Shown: positions 16,931 through 19,788 of the stretch, one piece after another
How positions within the stretch are numbered: the first letter of the stretch is position 1
Layout of the letters: every line of letters starts with the position of its first letter
Virus record (IMG/VR): IMGVR_UViG_3300031992_002114
Coordinates: 64,001 to 83,788 of that record
Strand: one strand, 5' to 3'
DNA length: 19,788 bases
Source: a virus
Taxonomy: Duplodnaviria > Heunggongvirae > Uroviricota > Caudoviricetes
Made by a program: the position numbers and the translations under genes
The notes under the pieces: model-generated
What the model was told of the DNA's origin: nothing
Seen by the model: only the letters and a program-made list of their open reading frames with translations
Databases searched by the model: none

Positions 16931-18001
16931 ATGGCTTTTTATGATAAAGATGAAGTTAAAAATGCCTTAGATATAGAAGATGTATTTGATATTTTAGAAT
17001 CATTAAATGCTGAGCCAGACTTGCGGGAAGATTATATTATAGCTATTACAGTTTGTCATGGTGGAGATAGTCATAAATTATATTATTATGATAATACTAA
17101 ACTTTTTAAATGTTTTACTCATTGCGGAACAATGGATATCTTTGAATTATTAATGAAGATTAAACAAATAGATTTAAATACTGCTGTATCTTATGTTGTT
17201 AATTTCTTTAATTTGGGTTGGAAAATTAAAAATAAAGATAATATTGATAATTTTTTAGACTGGAGAATATTAGATAAATATGAATATATAACTAATATTA
17301 AAATTAATAATCAAAAAGCAGTTTTTCCAGAAATTGATTCTAAAATTTTACAACATTTCCCGCAACCTAGAATATTAAATTGGGAACAAGAACATATACC
17401 AAAAGAAATAAGTGATTATATGGACATTCATTATAATCCTTTAACCGGAGGTATCCTTATTCCGCATACGGATGAAAATAATAGATTAATTGGTATTAGA
17501 GAAAGAACTTTAGTTCAAGAAAATGAGAAATATGGTAAATATCGTCCAGCAAGAATTAATGGCAATATGTATAACCATGCTCTTGGATTTAATTTATATG
17601 GTTTCTATCAAGCTAAGGAAAATATTAAAAATACTCAAATTGCTTTAATTTTAGAAGCTGAAAAAAGTGTTCTTCAAGCAATTAATTATTTAGGAATAGC
17701 AAATAATATAGCTGTTGCAGTTTGCGGATCAACCTTATCTTCATATCAATTGCAAATGCTATTGGACATAGGAGTAAAAGAAATTGCAATAGGTTTTGAT
17801 GCTGATTATCAAAAAATTGGAGATAAAGAATATGAAGAAACTATAAAAAAATTTGAAAAAATATATAATAAATATTGTGGATATGTTAATATAAGTTTTT
17901 TATTTGATATAAATGGTGATTTATTAGAATATAAAAATTCTCCAACAGACAAAGGAAAAGATGTATTTTTTCAATTATGGAGAAATAGAGTATTCTTATA
18001 A
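16931..18001 (+). CDS. dnaG: DnaG-like primase (Zn-binding + TOPRIM domains)
   Basis: CH...C..HC zinc-binding motif (VCHGGDS...FKCFTHCG), GIRER, TOPRIM LEAEKS and GFDAD. Confidence 0.85.
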   Translation: MAFYDKDEVKNALDIEDVFDILESLNAEPDLREDYIIAITVCHGGDSHKLYYYDNTKLFKCFTHCGTMDIFELLMKIKQIDLNTAVSYVVNFFNLGWKIKNKDNIDNFLDWRILDKYEYITNIKINNQKAVFPEIDSKILQHFPQPRILNWEQEHIPKEISDYMDIHYNPLTGGILIPHTDENNRLIGIRERTLVQENEKYGKYRPARINGNMYNHALGFNLYGFYQAKENIKNTQIALILEAEKSVLQAINYLGIANNIAVAVCGSTLSSYQLQMLLDIGVKEIAIGFDADYQKIGDKEYEETIKKFEKIYNKYCGYVNISFLFDINGDLLEYKNSPTDKGKDVFFQLWRNRVFL

Positions 18002-18016
18002 AAGGAGGTTTTTAAA

Positions 18017-19774
18017 ATAAATATTAAAGAATATAATAGTCCAAATCCTTTATATACTCCAATTCAACAAGTTCTTTATAACAGAGGTATCCCAATAGAA
18101 GAACAAGAAAAATGGTTAAATGCTGATTGAAGATATATTAATGATTGAAGAGCTTTTGGAGAAGAAAGGGTGCGGGAAGCAGCGTCAATTATTTATAAAG
18201 CTCTTAAAAATAATGAACGTATTTCAACAGTAGTTGATCCAGACGTTGATGGATTTACATCGGCCGCAATTATGATTAATTTTATTAATAATTATTTTCC
18301 AAAATATGTTAATGAAAATTTTTACTATGTGCTTCATTCTGGTAAACAACATGGTTTAGCTGATATTGATTTACAAGATATTGTTGATAGAGGTACTAGT
18401 ATAATGTGGATTGGTGATGCTGCTAGTAATGATTATGAACAACATAAGTTTTTAGTAGATAACGGTATAGATGTAATTATTACAGACCATCACGAATGTG
18501 ACGAATATAGTCCATATGCAATTACTATTAATAATCAAATGTGTGATTATCCAAATAAAAGTTTAAGCGGTGTTGGTGTTACTTGGCAACTTTGTAGAGC
18601 AATTGAAGAGATTTATCAATTAGGTGATTATACTTCTAAAATGGTTGATTTAGTTGCTTTAGGTGTTTTATCAGATATGATGGATTATCGGCAGATAGAA
18701 GTTAGAGCTTTAGTAAATCTTGGTTTAAATGCAATTACCAATCCTTTTTTCCGTGGAATGACTATTAAGAATAAATACTCTATTGATAAAATGAATGGTA
18801 TTAATTATTTTTCAACTGCTTTTTATGTAACTCCTTATATTAATGCAATCTGTAGAAGTGGAACTCTAGCAGAAAAAGAAATTGTTTTTAAAGCTATGTG
18901 TATTCCATATGCTTTTCAAAAAATATTAACAACTAAAAGAGGTCATAAAGGTGAAACTGTTGCTTTATATGAAGAAGCTATTTTAATTGCAGATAGAGTA
19001 AAAAGACGTCAAACAAAATTACAAGATGCTTCAATGGCTTTGTTAAAAAATAAAATTGAAAAAGAGCAACTTCTTAATAATTCAGTAATAGTTCTTTTAT
19101 GCAACCCTGGTGATGTAGAGCCAAACATTGCTGGATTATGTGCAAATAAAATTCAAGCAGAATATCAACGTCCAACTCTTATCTTAATTAAAACACATCA
19201 GTTTAAAGATAAAGAAGATATTTATAGAGGCTCTGCCCGCAATTATAGTCAATGTGAAATTGAAGATTTTCGTAAAGTATGCGAAGATACTGGTGAAACA
19301 AGTTTAGCACAAGGCCATCAAGGAGCTTTCGGTTGCTGGATTCCCGAATCTAATTTAGATAATTTTATTTCAAAAACAAATGAATATTATAAAAATCTAG
19401 ATATGTCTCCTACCTATTGGGTTGATTATAATTGGAATAGTAATCAAATTGATTCTAAAATACTTTTAGATTTAGCAGATTTAAATATTTTTGGTCAAGA
19501 AATACCAGAAGTATTTGTTGCAATAAAAGATGTTTCTTTATCAGAATCTAATGTTACTTTAATGAGTCCTGATAAACATCCAACAATTAAGATACAAATA
19601 GGAGATGTTTCTATTATCAAATTTAAATCAAGTCAAGAAGAATATGAGAGTTTTATCCAACCAAATACTAAAATTACTTTAATAGGTAAGCCTGCTAAAA
19701 ATGAATGGATGGGGAGCGTATCCGCTCAGATTTTAATTGATAATTATGAATTAAAAACAGAATGGGTATTTTAA
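18017..19774 (+). CDS. recJ: RecJ-like DHH-family ssDNA exonuclease; N-terminus extended through two TGA=Trp, probable ATA start
   Basis: DHH motifs DPDVDG, TDHH, LGVLSD; DHHA1 motifs GSAR and GHQGAFG. The upstream frame contains the RecJ-type 'VLYNRGI' segment, TGA at 18128 and 18146, and SD AAAGGAGGT (18001-18009) 7 nt before ATA 18017. Confidence 0.88.
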
Positions 19775-19788
19775 TCTCTGCAAGCACG

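Noticed and set aside
17999-18016. Primase-RecJ fusion by read-through of TAA (same frame)
   Set aside because: TAA is the dominant true stop in this window, and the intervening sequence is a strong SD plus spacer, indicating re-initiation.
7028-19774. Introns, inteins or homing endonucleases in the replication genes
   Set aside because: Motif spacing and gene lengths are normal, and no intein termini or LAGLIDADG/HNH/GIY-YIG inserts were seen.
1-19788. Suppressor tRNA-Trp(UCA), other tRNAs, release factor, CRISPR array, integrase or transposase
   Set aside because: No cloverleaf or T-loop signature, spaced direct repeats or such ORFs were seen in this window; they may lie elsewhere in the genome.

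Overview
AT-rich (roughly 28% GC, estimated by eye) segment of a large tailed dsDNA phage genome. All 26 called genes are on the + strand. The left half (1-6917) is an accessory nucleotide/RNA-metabolism region: ThyX, a SpoU/TrmH methyltransferase, two metallophosphoesterases, a Zn deaminase, a SLOG/DUF2493-like protein and a nucleotidyltransferase. The right half is the replication module: GyrB- and GyrA-like type IIA topoisomerase subunits, ATP-dependent ligase, wHTH protein, SSB-like protein, Sak4-like ATPase, DnaB-like helicase, DnaG-like primase and RecJ-like DHH nuclease. The main result is that TGA is read as Trp (genetic code 4). Eleven in-frame TGAs interrupt thyX, the SLOG gene, the helicase and the RecJ-like gene, several at positions where these families have Trp, and none of the 26 genes stops at TGA. 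The supplied ORF track therefore misses or truncates these four genes. TGA use is very uneven between genes. Other signals: a strongly over-represented TGCGGG motif, a structured ~250-nt leader with a possible Shine-Dalgarno (SD) switch, a palindrome that could hide the deaminase ribosome-binding site on read-through mRNA, and a probable ATA start codon. No tRNA, release factor, CRISPR array or mobile element was seen. All counts and alignments are manual; no database searches were run.
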